Shown here: in pieces, positions 14,801-29,800 of the stretch | How positions within the stretch are numbered: position 1 is the first letter of the stretch | How the letters are laid out: each line of letters begins with the position of its first letter | From: Balanoglossus misakiensis | Taxonomy: Eukaryota; Animalia; Hemichordata | Assembly (NCBI GenBank): GCA_040954595.2 | Contig: CM082584.2 | Span: forward strand, 730,281-794,280 | Direction: 5' to 3' | Length of the DNA stretch: 64,000 nt | The notes under the pieces: model-generated | What the model saw: only the letters and a program-made list of their open reading frames with translations | Told to the model about the DNA's origin: nothing | The model's database searches: none | Translations under genes and position numbers: made by a program

Positions 14801-17800
14801 CACCGTTGCTAACGAACGCTAGTGTCTGTCATGGTGTGCCGGGGTTTTAGTCGAGCCAGGCCGTAGGAGATCTGACTTGATCATCGTGGTCAATGTACGC
14901 GTGTTTCCGCTCTAAAGTGCCGGGGCTTCAGCTAAACCAGGCCGTAGGAAATCCGACGTAATCACCGTTGATAACTTACGCCATTCTGTGTCATATAGAG
15001 CCGGTGCACCAGCCGAGTCACGCCGTAGGAATCTAATTTGATCAACGTGGTCAATGTACGCCTGTTTCTGCTCTAGAGTGCCGGGGCTTCAGCTGAGCCA
15101 GGCCGTAGGAAACCCGACGTGATTACCGTTGTTAACTTACGCCAGTCTGTGTCCTATATATAGTGCGGGGCATCAGCCGTGCCAGGCCTAAGGAAATGTG
15201 AGTAGATCAATGTGGTCTCTGTACGCGTGTTTCTGCTCTAGAATGCCAGGGCTTTAGCCAAGCCATGCCGTAGGAAATCTGAATTGATCAACGTTGCTAA
15301 CGAACGCTAGTGTCTGTCATAGTGTGCCGGGGTTTTAGTCGAGCCAAGCCGTAGGAGATCTGACTTGATCATCGTGGTCAATGTACGCGTGTTTCCGCTC
15401 TAAAGTGCCGGGGCTTGAGCTAAACCAGGCCGTAGGAAATCCGACGTAATCACCGTTGATAACTTACGCCAGTCTGTGTCATATAGAGCCGGTGCACCAG
15501 CCGAGTCACGCCGTAGGAATCTGATTTGATCAACGTGGTCAATGTACGCCTGTTTCTGCTCTAGAGTGCCGGGGCTTCAGCTGAGCCAGGCCGTAGGAAA
15601 CCCGACGTGATTACCGTTGTTAACTTACGCAAGTCTGTGTCCTATATATACTGCCGGGGCATCAGCCGTGCCAGGCCGAAGGAAATGTGAGTAGATCAAC
15701 GTGGTTTCTGTACGCGTGTTTCTGCTCTAGAGTGCCAGGGCTTTAGCCAAGCCATGCCGTAGGAAATCTGACTTGATCAACGTTGCTAACGAACGCTAGT
15801 GTCTGTCATATTGTGACGGAGATTTAGCCGAGCCAGGCCGTAGAAAAATCGACTTGTTCAACGTTACCAGTGTGCAACTGTTTCTGCTCTAGAGTGTCAG
15901 GGTTTTAGCCGACTTATGCTGTAGAAAATCTGAGTTGATGAATGGGAATTCAATGTTTAAAAACCTGTGCGGAAAGTGTCTCTACCCTTTTGAAACTAAG
16001 AAAAGAATTTATTCTTATTTATTTTGTAAAAAAACAATATTTCGAAAAAAAGTCGAAAATGGTAATTTTGTCTTGGGTGATTCAAATTATACCGCCTTTT
16101 CTGGAATTTGCAGCACTTTTTACAAGAGAACGACACTTCATGCTCTATAATATTTCCGAAAATGAAGAAAAGAGTTAATTTTTTATGATTTTTTAAAAAT
16201 TTACCATTTTTGTCAAAATATGGCCAAAATGGCTATTTTTTCTTGAATTCCGTCAATATCTCAGCATTTTTGGAGTGGTCGAAAGTTTTAACATACAATC
16301 AACATGTCATATATGATCAGGCACTAAATTCGAAGAACAAAGGTTTTTTATTTTTTTTTCTAAAAATGACATTTTCAAGGAAAATTTGGTAAAACGCAAT
16401 TTTGTCTGAAGTGAGCCAAATTAGACGGTCTTTTGTGGAATTTGTATCGATATATACATACGAAGAGCATTCTATACTCCATCAGATTTCCGAAAATGTA
16501 GAAAACAGGTATTTTTTGCAATTTTCAAAAATTTACCATTTTGACCGAATTGTGGCTAAAATTGTTATTTTCGTGTTGAATGCCGCCAGTGTCACTGCTT
16601 TTAAAAGTCATAAAAACTTCTAACACACAAGCAATTGTTTATATATGATAAGGTCACCGTATTAAAAAAATAAAGAATGTTTTGACTAAAAATGACCTTT
16701 TTGGTGCAAAAACGAATAAAACGCAATTTTGTATTAAATCAGCTCATTCAGAGTGCATTTTTTATAATCAGCACCATTTTTACATATAATGGAAATTTCA
16801 TACATCATCAGATATCCAAATATGAAAAAATGATTTAGATTTTAGATGATTGTCCAAAAGTAGCTGATATCTAATAAATGTAGTATTGAACCGTTCTGTC
16901 CCCCCCCCCTACATTACATGCGGTACGCCGATGTCAGCTTACCCATCAGTACTGCAGGCCGTGCCCACAACTAACGTCGGTGTTTGAAACGCCCTGGTTA
17001 AATTCGGGCTTTCTCTATAAATTGACAGGCAATAATGTAGTCCTACCGGAACAAATGTCGAGTGTTGACCCGCTGTGACTTTCCCTCTTCGGTTTGCCCG
17101 ACTTAGCCAACGTCTTTGTACTAGAGTGTCGGGTCTTTTGCAGAGCCAGGCCGAAGGAAATCCGATTTGATCACCGTTGCTAACGAACGCTAGTGTCTGT
17201 CATGGTGTGCCGGGGTTTTAGTCGAGCCAGGCCGTAGGAGATCTGACTTGATCATCGTGGTCAATGTACGCGTGTTTCCGCTCTAAAGTGCCGGGGCTTC
17301 AGCTAAACCAGGCCGTAGGAAATCCGACGTAATCACCGTTGATAACTTACGCCAGTCTGTGTCATGTAGAGCCGGTGTACCAGCCGAGTCACGCCGTAGG
17401 AAATCTTACTTGATCAACGTGGTCAATGTACGCCTGTTTCTGCTCTAGAGAGCCGGGGCTTCAGCTGAGCCAGGCCGTAGGAAACCCGACGTGATTACCG
17501 TTGTTAACTTACGCCAGTTTGTGTCCTATATATAGTGCCGGGGCATCAGCCGTGCCAGGCCGAAGGAAATGTGAATAGATCAACGTGGTCTCTGTACGCG
17601 TGTTTCTGCTCTAGAGTGCCAGGGCTTTAGCCAAGCCATGCCGTAGAAAATCTGACTTGATCACCGTTGCTAACGAACGCTAGTGTCTGTCATAGTGTGC
17701 CGGGGTTTTAGTCGAACCAAGCCGTATGAGATCAGACTTGATCAACGTGGTCTCTGTACGCGTGTTTCTGCTCTGGAGTGCCGGGGCTTTATCCAAGCCA

Positions 17801-20800
17801 TGCCGTAGAAAATCTGACTTGATCACCGTTGCTAACCTACGCTAGTGTCTGTCATATTGTGACGGAGATTTAGCCGAGCCAGGCCGTAGAAAAATCGACT
17901 TGTTCAACGTTACCAGTGTGCAACTGTTTCTGTTCTAGAGTGTCAGGGTTTTAGCCGACTTGTAGGAAATCTGAGTTGATGAACGGGAATTCAATGTTAG
18001 AAATCCGTGTGGAAAGTATCTCTACCCGTTTGGAACTAAGAAAAGAATTTATTCTTATTTATTTTGTAAAAAAACAATATTTCGAAAAAAAGTCGAAAAT
18101 GGTAATTTTGTCTTGGGTGATTCAAATTATACCGCCTTTTCTGGAATTTGCAGCACTTTTTACAAGAGAACGACACTTCATGCTCTATAATATTTCCGAA
18201 AATGAAGAAAAGAGTTAATTTTTTATGATTTTTTAAAAATTTACCATTTTTGTCCAAATATGGCCAAAATGGCTATTTTTTCTTGAATTCCGTCAATATC
18301 TCAGCATTTTTGGAGTGGTCGAAAGTTTTAACATACAATCAACATGTCATATATGATCAGGCACTAAATTCGAAGAACAAAGGTTTTTTATTTTTTTTTC
18401 TAAAAATGACATTTTCAAGGAAAATTTGGTAAAACGCAATTTTGTCTGAAGTGAGCCAAATTAGACGGTCTTTTGTGGAATTTGTATCGATATATACATA
18501 CGAAGAGCATTCTATACTCCATCAGATTTCCGAAAATGTAGAAAACAGGTATTTTTTGTAATTTTCAAAAATTTACCATTTTGACCGAATTGTGGCTAAA
18601 ATTGTTATTTTCGTGTTGAATGCCGCCAGTGTCACTGCTTTTAAAAGTCATAAAAACTTTTAACATACAAGCAATTGTTTATATATGATAAGGTCACCGT
18701 ATTAAAAAAATAAAGAATGTTTTGACTAAAAATGACCTTTTTGGTGCAAAAACGAATAAAACGCAATTTTGTATTAAATCAGCTCATTCAGAGTGCATTT
18801 TTTATAATCAGCACCATTTTTACATATAATGGAAATTTCATACATCATCAGATATCCAAATATGAAAAAATGATTTAGATTTTAGATGATTGTCCAAAAG
18901 TAGCTGATATCTAATAAATGTAGTATTGAACCGTTCTGTCCCCCCCCCCCCTACATTACATGCGGTACGCCGATGTCAGCTTACCCATCAGTACTGCAGG
19001 CCGTGCCCACAACTAACGTCGGTGTTTGAAACGCCCTGGTTAAATTCGGGCTTTCTCTATAAATTGACAGGCAATAATGTAGTCCTACCGGAACAAATGT
19101 CGAGTGTTGACCCGCTGTGACTTTCCCTCTTCGGTTTGCCCAACTTAGCCAACGTCTTTGTACTAGAGTGTCGGGTCTTTTGCAGAGCCAGGCCGAAGGA
19201 AATCCGACTTGATCACCGTTGCTAACGAACGCTAGTGTCTGTCATGGTGTGCCGGGGTTTTAGTCGAGCCAGGCCGTAGGAGATCTGACTTGATCATCGT
19301 GGTCAATGTACGCGTGTTTCCGCTCTAAAGTGCCGGGGCTTCAGCTAAACCAGGCCGTAGGAAATCCGACGTAATCACCGTTGATAACTTACGCCAGTCT
19401 GTGTCATGTAGAGCCGGTGTACCAGCCGAGTCACGCCGTAGGAAATCTTACTTGAGCAACGTGGTCAATGTACGCCTGTTTCTGCTCTAGAGAGCCGGGG
19501 CTTCAGCTGAGCCAGGCCGTAGGAAACCCGACGTGATTACCGTTGTTAACTTACGCCAGTTTGTGTCCTATATATAGTGCCGGGGCATCAGCCGTGCCAG
19601 GCCGAAGGAAATGTGAATAGATCAACGTGGTCTCTGTACGCGTGTTTCTGCTCTAGAGTGCCAGGGCTTTAGCCAAGCCATGCCGTAGAAAATCTGACTT
19701 GATCACCGTTGCTAACGAACGCTAGTGTCTGTCATAGTGTGCCGGGGTTTTAGTCGAACCAAGCCGTAGGAGATCAGACTTTATCAACGTGGTCTCTGTA
19801 CGCGTGTTTCTGCTCTGGAGTGCCGGGGCTTTATCCAAGCCATGCCGTAGAAAATCTGACTTGATCACAGTTGCTAACCTACGCTAGTGTCTGTCATATT
19901 GTGACGGAGATTTAGCCGAGCCAGGCCGTAGAAAAATCGACTTGTTCAACGTTACCAGTGTGCAACTGTTTCTGTTCTAGAGTGTCAGGGTTTTAGCCGA
20001 CTTGTAGGAAATCTGAGTTGATGAACGGGAATTCAATGTTAGAAATCCGTGTGGAAAGTATCTCTACCCGTTTGGAACTATGAAAAGAATTTTTTCTTAT
20101 TTATTTTGTAAAAAAACAATATTTCGAAAAAAAGTCGAAAATGGTAATTTTGTCTTGGGTGATTCAAATTATACCGCCTTTTCTGGAATTTGCAGCACTT
20201 TTTACAAGAGAACGACACTTCATGCTCTATAATATTTCCGAAAATGAAGAAAAGAGTTAATTTTTTATGATTTTTTAAAAATTTACCATTTTTGTCAAAA
20301 TATGGCCAAAATGGCTATTTTTTCTTGAATTCCGTCAATATCTCAGCATTTTTGGAGTGGTCGAAAGTTTTAACATACAATCAACATGTCATATATGATC
20401 AGGCACTAAATTCGAAGAACAAAGGTTTTTTATTTTTTTTTCTAAAAATGACATTTTCAAGGAAAATTTGGTAAAACGCAATTTTGTCTGCAGTGAGCCA
20501 AATTAGACGGTCTTTTGTGGAATTTGTATCGATATATACATACGAAGAGAATTCTATACTCCATCAGATTTCCGAAAATGTAGAAAACAGGTATTTTTTG
20601 TAATTTTCAAAAATTTACCATTTTGACCGAATTGTGGCTAAAATTGTTATTTTCGTGTTGAATGCCGCCAGTGTCACTGCTTTTAAAAGTCATAAAAACT
20701 TTTAACATACAAGCAATTGTTTATATATGATAAGGTCACCGAATTAAAAAAATAAAGAATGTTTTGACTAAAAATGACCTTTTTGGTGCAAAAACGAATA

Positions 20801-23800
20801 AAACGCAATTTTGTATTAAATCAGCTCATTCAGAGTGCATTTTTATAATCAGCACCATTTTTACATATAATGGAAATTTCATACATCATCAGATATCCAA
20901 ATATGAAAAGATGATTTACATTTTAGATGATTGTCAAAAATTAGCTGATATCTGATAAATGTAGTATTGAACCGTTCTGTTCCCCCCCTACATTATATGC
21001 GGTACGCTGATGTCAGCTTACCCGGCAGTACTGCAGGCCGTGCCCCCAACTAACGTCGGTGTTTGAAACGCCCTGGTTAAATTCGGGCTTTCTCTATAAA
21101 TTGACAGGCAATAATGCAGTCCTACCGGAACAAATGTCGAGTGTTGACCCGCTGTGACTTTCCCTGTTCGGTTTGCCCGACTTAGCCAACGTCTTTGTAC
21201 TAGAGTGTCGGGTCTTTTGCAGAGCCAGGCCGAAGGAAATCCGACTTGATCACCGTTGCTAACGAACGCTAGTGTCTGTCATGGTGTGCCGGGGTTTTAG
21301 TCGAGCCAGGCCGTAGGAGATCTGACTTGATTATCGTGGTCAATGTACGCGTGTTTCCACTCTAAAGGGCCGGGGCTTCAGCTACACCAGGCCGTAGGAA
21401 ATCCGACGTAATCACCGTTGATAACTTACGCCAGTCTGTGTCATATAGAGCCGGTGCACCAGCCGAGTCACGCCGTAGGAAATCTTACTTGATCAACGTG
21501 GTCAATGTACGCCTGTTTCTGCTCTAGAGTGCCGGGGCTTCAGCTGAGCCAGGCCGTGGGAAACCCGACGTGATTACCGTTGTTAACTTACGCCAGTTTG
21601 TGTCCTATATATAGTGCCGGGGCATCAGCCGTGCCAGGCCGAAGGAAATGTGAGTAGATCAACGTGGTCTCTGTACGCGTGTTTCTGCTCTAGAGTGCCA
21701 GGGCTTTAGCCAAGCCATGCCGTAGGAAATCTGACTTGATCAACGTTGCTAACGAACGCTAATGTCTGTCATAGTGTGCCGGGGTTTTAGTCGAGCCAAG
21801 CCGTAGGAGATCAGACTTGATCAACGTGGTCTCTGTACGCGTGTTTCTGCTCTAGAGTGCCGGGGCTTTATCCAAGCCATGCCGTAGAAAATCTGACTTG
21901 ATCACCGTTGCTAACGGACGCTAGTGTCTGTCATATTGTGACGGAGATTTAGCCGAGCCAGGCCGTAGAAAAATCGACTTGTTCAACGTTACCAGTGTGC
22001 AACTGTTTCTGCTCTAGAGTGTCAGGGTTTTAGCCGACTTATGCTGTAGGAAATCTGAGTTGATGAACGGGAATTCAATGTTAGAAATCCGTGTGGAAAG
22101 TATCTCTACCCGTTTGGAACTAAGAAAAGAATGTATTCTTATTTATTTTGTAAAAAAACAATATTTCGAAAAAAAGTCGAAAATGGTAATTTTGTCTTGG
22201 GTGATTCAAATTATACCGCCTTTTCTGGAATTTGCAGCACTTTTTACAAGAGAACGACACTTCATGCTCTATAATATTTCCGAAAATGAAGAAAAGAGTT
22301 AATTTTTTATGATTTTTTAAAAATTTACCATTTTTGTCAAAATATGGCCAAAATGGCTATTTTTTCTTGAATTCCGTCAATATCTCAGCATTTTTGGAGT
22401 GGTCGAAAGTTTTAACATACAATCAACATGTCATATATGATCAGGCACTAAATTCGAAGAACAAAGGTTTTTTATTTTTTTTTCTAAAAATGACATTTTC
22501 AAGGAAAATTTGGTAAAACGCAATTTTGTCTGCTGTGAGCCAAATTAGACGGTCTTTTGTGGAATTTGTATCGATATATACATACGAAGAGCATTCTATA
22601 CTCCATCAGATTTCCGAAAATGTAGAAAACAGGTATTTTTTGTAATTTTCAAAAATTTACCATTTTGACCGAATTGTGGCTAAAATTGTTATTTTCGTGT
22701 TGAATGCCGCCAGTGTCATTGCTTTTAAAAGTCATAAAAAATTTTAACATACAAGCAATTGTTTATATATGATAAGGTCACCGAATTAAAAAAATAAAGA
22801 ATGTTTTGACTAAAAATGACCTTTTTGGTGCAAAAACGAATAAAACGCAATTTTGTATTAAATCAGCTCATTCAGAGTGCATTTTTATAATCAGCACCAT
22901 TTTTACATATAATGGAAATTTCATACATCATCAGATATCCAAATATGAAAAGATGATTTACATTTTAGATGATTGTCAAAAATTAGCTGATATCTGATAA
23001 ATGTAGTATTGAACCGTTCTGTTCCCCCCCCCCCCCTACATTATATGCGGTACGCTGATGTCAGCTTACCCGGCAGTACTGCAGGCCGTGCCCGCAACTA
23101 ACGTCGGTGTTTGAAACGCCCTGGTTAAATTCGGGCTTTCTCTATAAATTGACAGGCAATAATGCAGTCCTACCGGAACAAATGTCGAGTGTTGACCCGC
23201 TGTGACTTTCCCTGTTCGGTTTGCCCGACTTAGCCAACGTCTTTGTACTAGAGTGTCGGGTCTTTTGCAGAGCCAGGCCGAAGGAAATCCGACTTGATCA
23301 CCGTTGCTAACGAACGCTAGTGTCTGTCATGGTGTGCCGGGGTTTTAGTCGAGCCAGGCCGTAGGAGATCTGACTTGATCATCGTGGTCAATGTACGCGT
23401 GTTTCCGCTCTAAAGGGCCGGGGCTTCAGCTAAACCAGGCCGTAGGAAATCCGACGTAATCACCGTTGATAACTTACGCCAGTCTGTGTCATATAGAGCC
23501 GATGCACCAGCCGAGTCACGCCGTAGGAAATCTTACTTGATCAACGTGGTCAATGTACGCCTGTTTCTGCTCTAGAGTGCCGGGGCTTCAGCTGAGCCAG
23601 GCCGTGGGAAACCCGACGTGATTACCGTTGTTAACTTACGCCAGTTTGTGTCCTATATATAGTGCCGGGGCATCAGCCGTGCCAGGCCGAAGGAAATGTG
23701 AGTAGATCAACGTGGTCTCTGTACGCGTGTTTCTGCTCTAGAGTGCCAGGGCTTTAGCCAAGCCATGCCGTAGGAAATCTGACTTGATCAACGTTGCTAA

Positions 23801-26800
23801 CGAACGCTAGTGTCTGTCATAGTGTGCCGGGGTTTTAGTCGAGCCAAGCCGTAGGAGATCAGACTTGATCAACGTGGTCTCTGTACGCGTGTTTCTGCTC
23901 TAGAGTGCCGGGGCTTTATCCAAGCCATGCCGTAGAAAATCTGACTTGATCACCGGTGCTAACGTACGCTAGTGTCTGTCATATTGTGACGGAGATTTAG
24001 CCGAGCCAGGCCGTAGAAAAATCGACTTGTTCAACGTTACCAGTGTGCAACTGTTTCTGCTCTAGAGTGTCAGGGTTTTAGCCGACTTATGCTGTAGGAA
24101 ATCTGAGTTGATGAACGGGAATTCAATGTTAGAAAACCCGTGTGGAAAGTATCTCTACCCGTTTGAAACTAAGAAAAGAATTTATTCTTATTTATTTTGT
24201 AAAAAAGACAATTTTTCGAAAAAAAAGTCGAAAAATTGCAATTTTGTCTTGGGTGATTCAAATTATACCGCCTTTTTTGGAATTTGCAGCACTTTTTACA
24301 AGAGAACGACACTTCATGCTCCATAATATTTCCGAAAATGAAGAAAAGAGTTAATTTTTTATGATTTTTCAAAAATTTACCATTTTTGTCAAAATATGGC
24401 CAAAATGGCTATTTTTCTTGAATTCCGTCAATATCTCTGCATTTTTGGAGTGGTCGAGAGTTTTAACATACAATCAACATGTCATATATGATCAGGGCAC
24501 CAAATTCGAAGAACAAAGGTTTTTTTATTTTTTTTTCTAAAAATGACATTTTCAAGGAAAATTTGGTAAAACGCAATTTTGTCTGCAGTGAGCCAAATTA
24601 GACGGTCTTTTGTGGAATTTGTATCGATATATACATACGAAGAGCATTCTATACTCCATCAGATTTCCGAAAATGTAGAAAACAGGTATTTTTTGTAATT
24701 TTCAAAAAATTACCATTTTGACCAAATTGTGGCTAAAATTGTTATTTTCGTGATGAATGCCGCCAGTGTCACTGCTTTTAAAAGTCATAAAAACTTTTAA
24801 CATACAAGCAATTGTTTATATATGATCAGGTCACCGAATTAAAAATATAAAGAATGTTTTGCCTAAAAATGACCTTTTTGGTGCAAAAACGAATAAAACG
24901 CAATCTTGTATTAAATCAGTTCATTCAGAGTGCATGTTTTATAATAAGCACCATTTTTACATATAATGGAAATTTCATACATCATCAGATATCCAAATAT
25001 GAAAAAATGATTTAGATTTTAGATGATTGTCCAAAATTAGCTGATATCTAATAAATGTAGTATTGAACCGTTCTGTCCCCCCCCCCCCTTACATTATATG
25101 CGGTACGCCGATGTCAGCTTACCCGGCAGTACTGTAGGCCGTGCCCCCAACAAACGTCGGTGTTTGAAACGCCCTGGTTAAATTCGGGCTCTCTCTATAA
25201 ATCGACAGGCAATAATGCAGTCCTACCGGAGCAAATGTCGAGTGTTGACCCGCTGCGACTTTCCCTCTTCGGTTTGCCCAACTTAGCCAACGTCTTTGTA
25301 CTAGAGTGTCGGGTCTTTTGCAGAGCCAGGCCGAAGGAAATCCGACTTGATCACCGTTGCTAACGAACGCTAGTGTCTGTCATGGTGTGCCGGGGTTTTA
25401 GTCGAGCCAGGCCGTAGGAGATCTGACTTGATCATCGTGGTCAATGTACGCGTGTTTCCGCTCTAAAGTGCCGGGGCTTCAGCTAAACCAGGCCGTAGGA
25501 AATCCGACGTAATCACCATTGATAACTTACGCCAGTCTGTGTCATATAGAGCCGGTGCACCAGCCGAGTCACGCCGTAGGAAATCTGACTTGATCAACGT
25601 GGTCAATGTACGCCTGTTTCTGCTCTAGAGTGCCGGGGCTTCAGCTGAGCCAGGCCGTAGGAAACCCGACGTGATTACCGTTGTTAACTCACGCCAGTTT
25701 GTGTCCTATATATAGTGCCGGGGCATCAGCCTTGCCAGGCCGAAGGAAATGTGAGTAGATCAACGCGGTCTCTGTACGCGTGTTTCTGCTCTAGAGTGCC
25801 AGGGCTTTAGCCAAGCCATGCCGTAGGAAATCTGACTTGATCACCGTTGCTAACGTACGCTAGTGTCTGTCATATTGTGACGGAGATTTAGCCGAGCCAG
25901 GCCGTAGAAAAATCGACTTGTTCAACGTTACCAGTGTGCAACTGTTTCTGCTCTAGAGTGTCAGGGTTTTAGCCGACTTATGCTGTAGGAAATCTGAGTT
26001 GATGAACGGGAATTCAATGTTAGAAAACCCGTGTGGAAAGTATCTCTACCCGTTTGAAACTAAGAAAAGAATTTATTCTTATTTATTTTGTAAAAAAGAC
26101 AATTTTTCGAAAAAAAGTCGAAAAATTGCAATTTTGTCTTGAGTGATTCAAATTATACCGCCTTTTCTGGAATTTGCAGCACTTTTTACAAGAGAACGAC
26201 ACTTCATGCTCCATAATATTTCCGAAAATGAAGAAAAGAGTTAATTTTTTATGATTTTTCAAAAATTTACCATTTTTGTCAAAATATGGCCAAAATGGCT
26301 ATTTTTCTTGAATTCAGTCAATATCTCTGCATTTTTGGAGTGGTCGAGAGTTTTAACATACAATCAACATGTCATATATGATCAGGGCACCAAATTCGAA
26401 GAACAAAGGTTTTTTTATTTTTTTTTTCTAAAAATGACATTTTCAAGGAAAATTTGGTAAAACGCAATTTTGTCTGCAGTGAGCCAAATTAGACGGTCTT
26501 TTGTGGAATTTGTATCGATATATACATACAAAGAGCATTCTATACTCCATCAGATTTCCGAAAATGTAGAAAACAGGTATTTTTTGTAATTTTCAAAAAT
26601 TTACCATTTTGACCAAATTGTGGCTAAAATTGTTATTTTCGTGATGAATGCCGCCAGTGTCACTGCTTTTAAAAGTCATAAAAACTTTTAACATACAAGC
26701 AATTGTTTATATATGATCAGGTCACCGAATTAAAAATATAAAGAATGTTTTGCCTAAAAATGACCTTTTTGGTGCAAAAACGAATAAAACGCAATCTTGT

Positions 26801-29800
26801 ATTAAATCAGTTCATTCAGAGTGCATGTTTTATAATAAGCACCAATTTTACATATAATGGAAATTTCATACATCATCAGATATCCAAATATGAAAAAATG
26901 ATTTAGATTTTAGATGATTGTCCAAAATTAGCTGATATCTAATAAATGTAGTATTGAACCGTTCTGCCCCCCCCCCTTTACATTATATGCGGTACGCCGA
27001 TGTCAGCTTACCCGGCAGTACTGTAGGCCGTGCCCCCAACAAACGTCGGTGTTTGAAACGCCCTGGTTAAATTCGGGCTCTCTCTATAAATCGACAGGCA
27101 ATAATGCAGTCCTACCGGAACAAATGTCAAGTGTTGAACCGCTGTGACTTTCCCTGTTCGGTTTGCCCGACTTAGCCAACGTCTTTGTACTAGAGTGTCG
27201 GGTCTTTTGCAGAGCCAGGCCGAAGGAAATCCGACTTGATCACCGTTGCTAACGAACGCTAGTGTCTGTCATGGTGTGCCGGGGTTTTAGTCGAGCCAGG
27301 CCGTAGGAGATCTGACTTGATCATCGTGGTCAATGTACGCGTGTTTCCGCTCTAAAGTGCCGGGGCTTCAGCTAAACCAGGCCGTAGGAAATCCGACGTA
27401 ATCACCGTTGATAACTTACGCCAGCCTGTGTCATATAGAGCCGGTGCACCAGCCGAGTCACGCCGTAGGAAATCTGACTTGATCAACGTGGTCAATGTAC
27501 GCCTGTTTCTGCTCTAGAGTGCCGGGGCTTCAGCTGAGCCAGGCCGTAAGAAAACCCGACGTGATTACCGTTGTTAACTTACGCCAGTCTGTGTCCTATA
27601 TATAGTGCCGGGGCATCAGCCGTGCCAGGCCGAAGGAAATGTGAGAAGATCAACGTGGTCTCTGTACGCGTGTTTCTGCTCTAGAGTGCCAGGGCTTTAG
27701 TTAAGCCATGCCGTAGGAAATCTGACTTGATCAAAGTTGCTAACGAACGCTAGTGTCTGTCATAGTGTGCCGGGGTTTTAGTCGAGCCAGGCCGTAGGAG
27801 ATCAGACTTGATCAACGTGGTCTCTGTACGCGTGTTTCTGCTCTAGAGTGCCGGGGCTTTATCCAAGCCATGCCGTAGAAAATCTGACTTGATCACCGTT
27901 GCTAACGTACGCTAGTGTCTGTCATATTGTGACGGAGATTTAGCCGAGCCAGGTCGTAGAAAAATCGACTTGTTCAACGTTACCAGTGTGCAACTGTTTC
28001 TGCTCTAGAGTGTCAGGGTTTTAGCCGACTTATGCTGTAGGAAATCTGAGTTGATGACGGGAATTCAATGTTAGAAAACCCGTGTGGAAAGTATCTCTAC
28101 CCGTTTGAAACTAAGAAAAGAATGTATTCTTATTTATTTTGTAAAAAAGACAATTTTTCGAAAAAAAGTCGAAAAATTGCAATTTTGTCTTGGGTGATTC
28201 AAATTATACCACATTTTCTGGAATTTGCAGCACTTTTTACAAGAGAACGACACTTCATGCTCCATAATATTTCCGAAAATGAAGAAAAGAGTTTATTTTT
28301 TATGATTTTTTAAAAATGTACCATTTTGTCAAAATATAGCCAAAATGGCTATTTTTTCTTGAATTCCGTCAATATCTCTGCATTTTTGGAGTGGTCAAAA
28401 GTTTTAACATACAATCAACATGTCATATATGATCAGGGCACCAAATTCGAAGAACGAAGGTTTTTTTATTTTATTTTTCTAAAAATGACATTTTCAAGAA
28501 AAATTTGGTAAAACGCAATTTTGTCTGCAGTGAGCCAAGTTAGACGGTCTTTTGTGGAATTTGTATCGATATATATATACGAAGAGCATTCTATACTCCA
28601 TCAGATTTCCGAAAATGTAGAAAACAGGTATTTTTTGTAATTTTCAAAAATTTACCATTTTGACCAAATTGTGGTTAAAATTGTTATTTTCGTGTTGGAT
28701 GCCGCCAGTGTCACTGCTTTTAAAAGTCATAAAAACTTTTAACATGCAAGCAATTGCTTATATATGATCAGGCCACCGAATTAAAAAAATAAAGAATGTT
28801 TTGCCTAAAAATGACCTTTTTGGTGCAAAAACGAATAAAACGCAATTTTGTATTAAATCAGCTCATTCAGAGTGCATTTTTTATAATCAGCACCATTTTT
28901 ACATATATTGGAAATTTCATACATCATCAGATATCCAAATATGAAAAAATGATTTAGATTTTAGATGATTGTCCAAAATTAGCTGATATCTAATAAATGT
29001 AGTATTGAACCGTTCTGTCCCCCCCCCCCCTACATTATATGCGGTACGCCGATGTCAGCTTACCCGGCAGTACTGCAGGCCGTGCCCCCAAATAACGTCG
29101 GTGTTTGAAACGCCCTGGTTAAATTCGGGCTTTCTCTATAAATTGACAGGCAATAATGCAGTCCTACCCGAACAAATGTCGAGTGTTGACCCGCTGTGAC
29201 TTTCCCTCTTCGGTTTGCCCGACTTAGCCAACGTCTTTGTACTAATGTGTCGGGTCTTTTGCAGAGCCAGGCCGAAGGAAATCAGACTTGATCACCGTTG
29301 CTAACGAACGCTAGTGTCTGTCATGGTGTGCCGGGGTTTTAGTCGAGCCAGGCCGTAGGAGATCTGACTTGATCATCGTGGTCAATGTACGCGTGTTTCC
29401 GCTCTAAAGTGCCGGGGCTTCAGCTAAACCATGCCGTAGGAAATCCGACGTAATCACCGTTGATAACTTACGCCAGTCTGTGTCATATAGAGCCGGTGCA
29501 CCAGCCGAATCACGCCGTAGGAAATCTTACTTGATCAACGTGGTCAATGTACGCCTGTTTCTGCTCTAGAGTGCCGGGGCTTCAGCTGAGCCAGGCCGTG
29601 GGAAACCCGACGTGATTACCGTTGTTAACTTACGCCAGTTTGTGTCCTATATATAGTGCCGGGGCATCAGCGGTGCCAGGCCGAAGGAAATGTGAGTAGA
29701 TCAACGTGGTCTCTGTACGCGTGTTTCTGCTCTAGAGTGCCAGGGCTTTAGCCAAGCCATGCCGTAGGAAATCTGACTTGATCAACGTTGCTAACGAACG

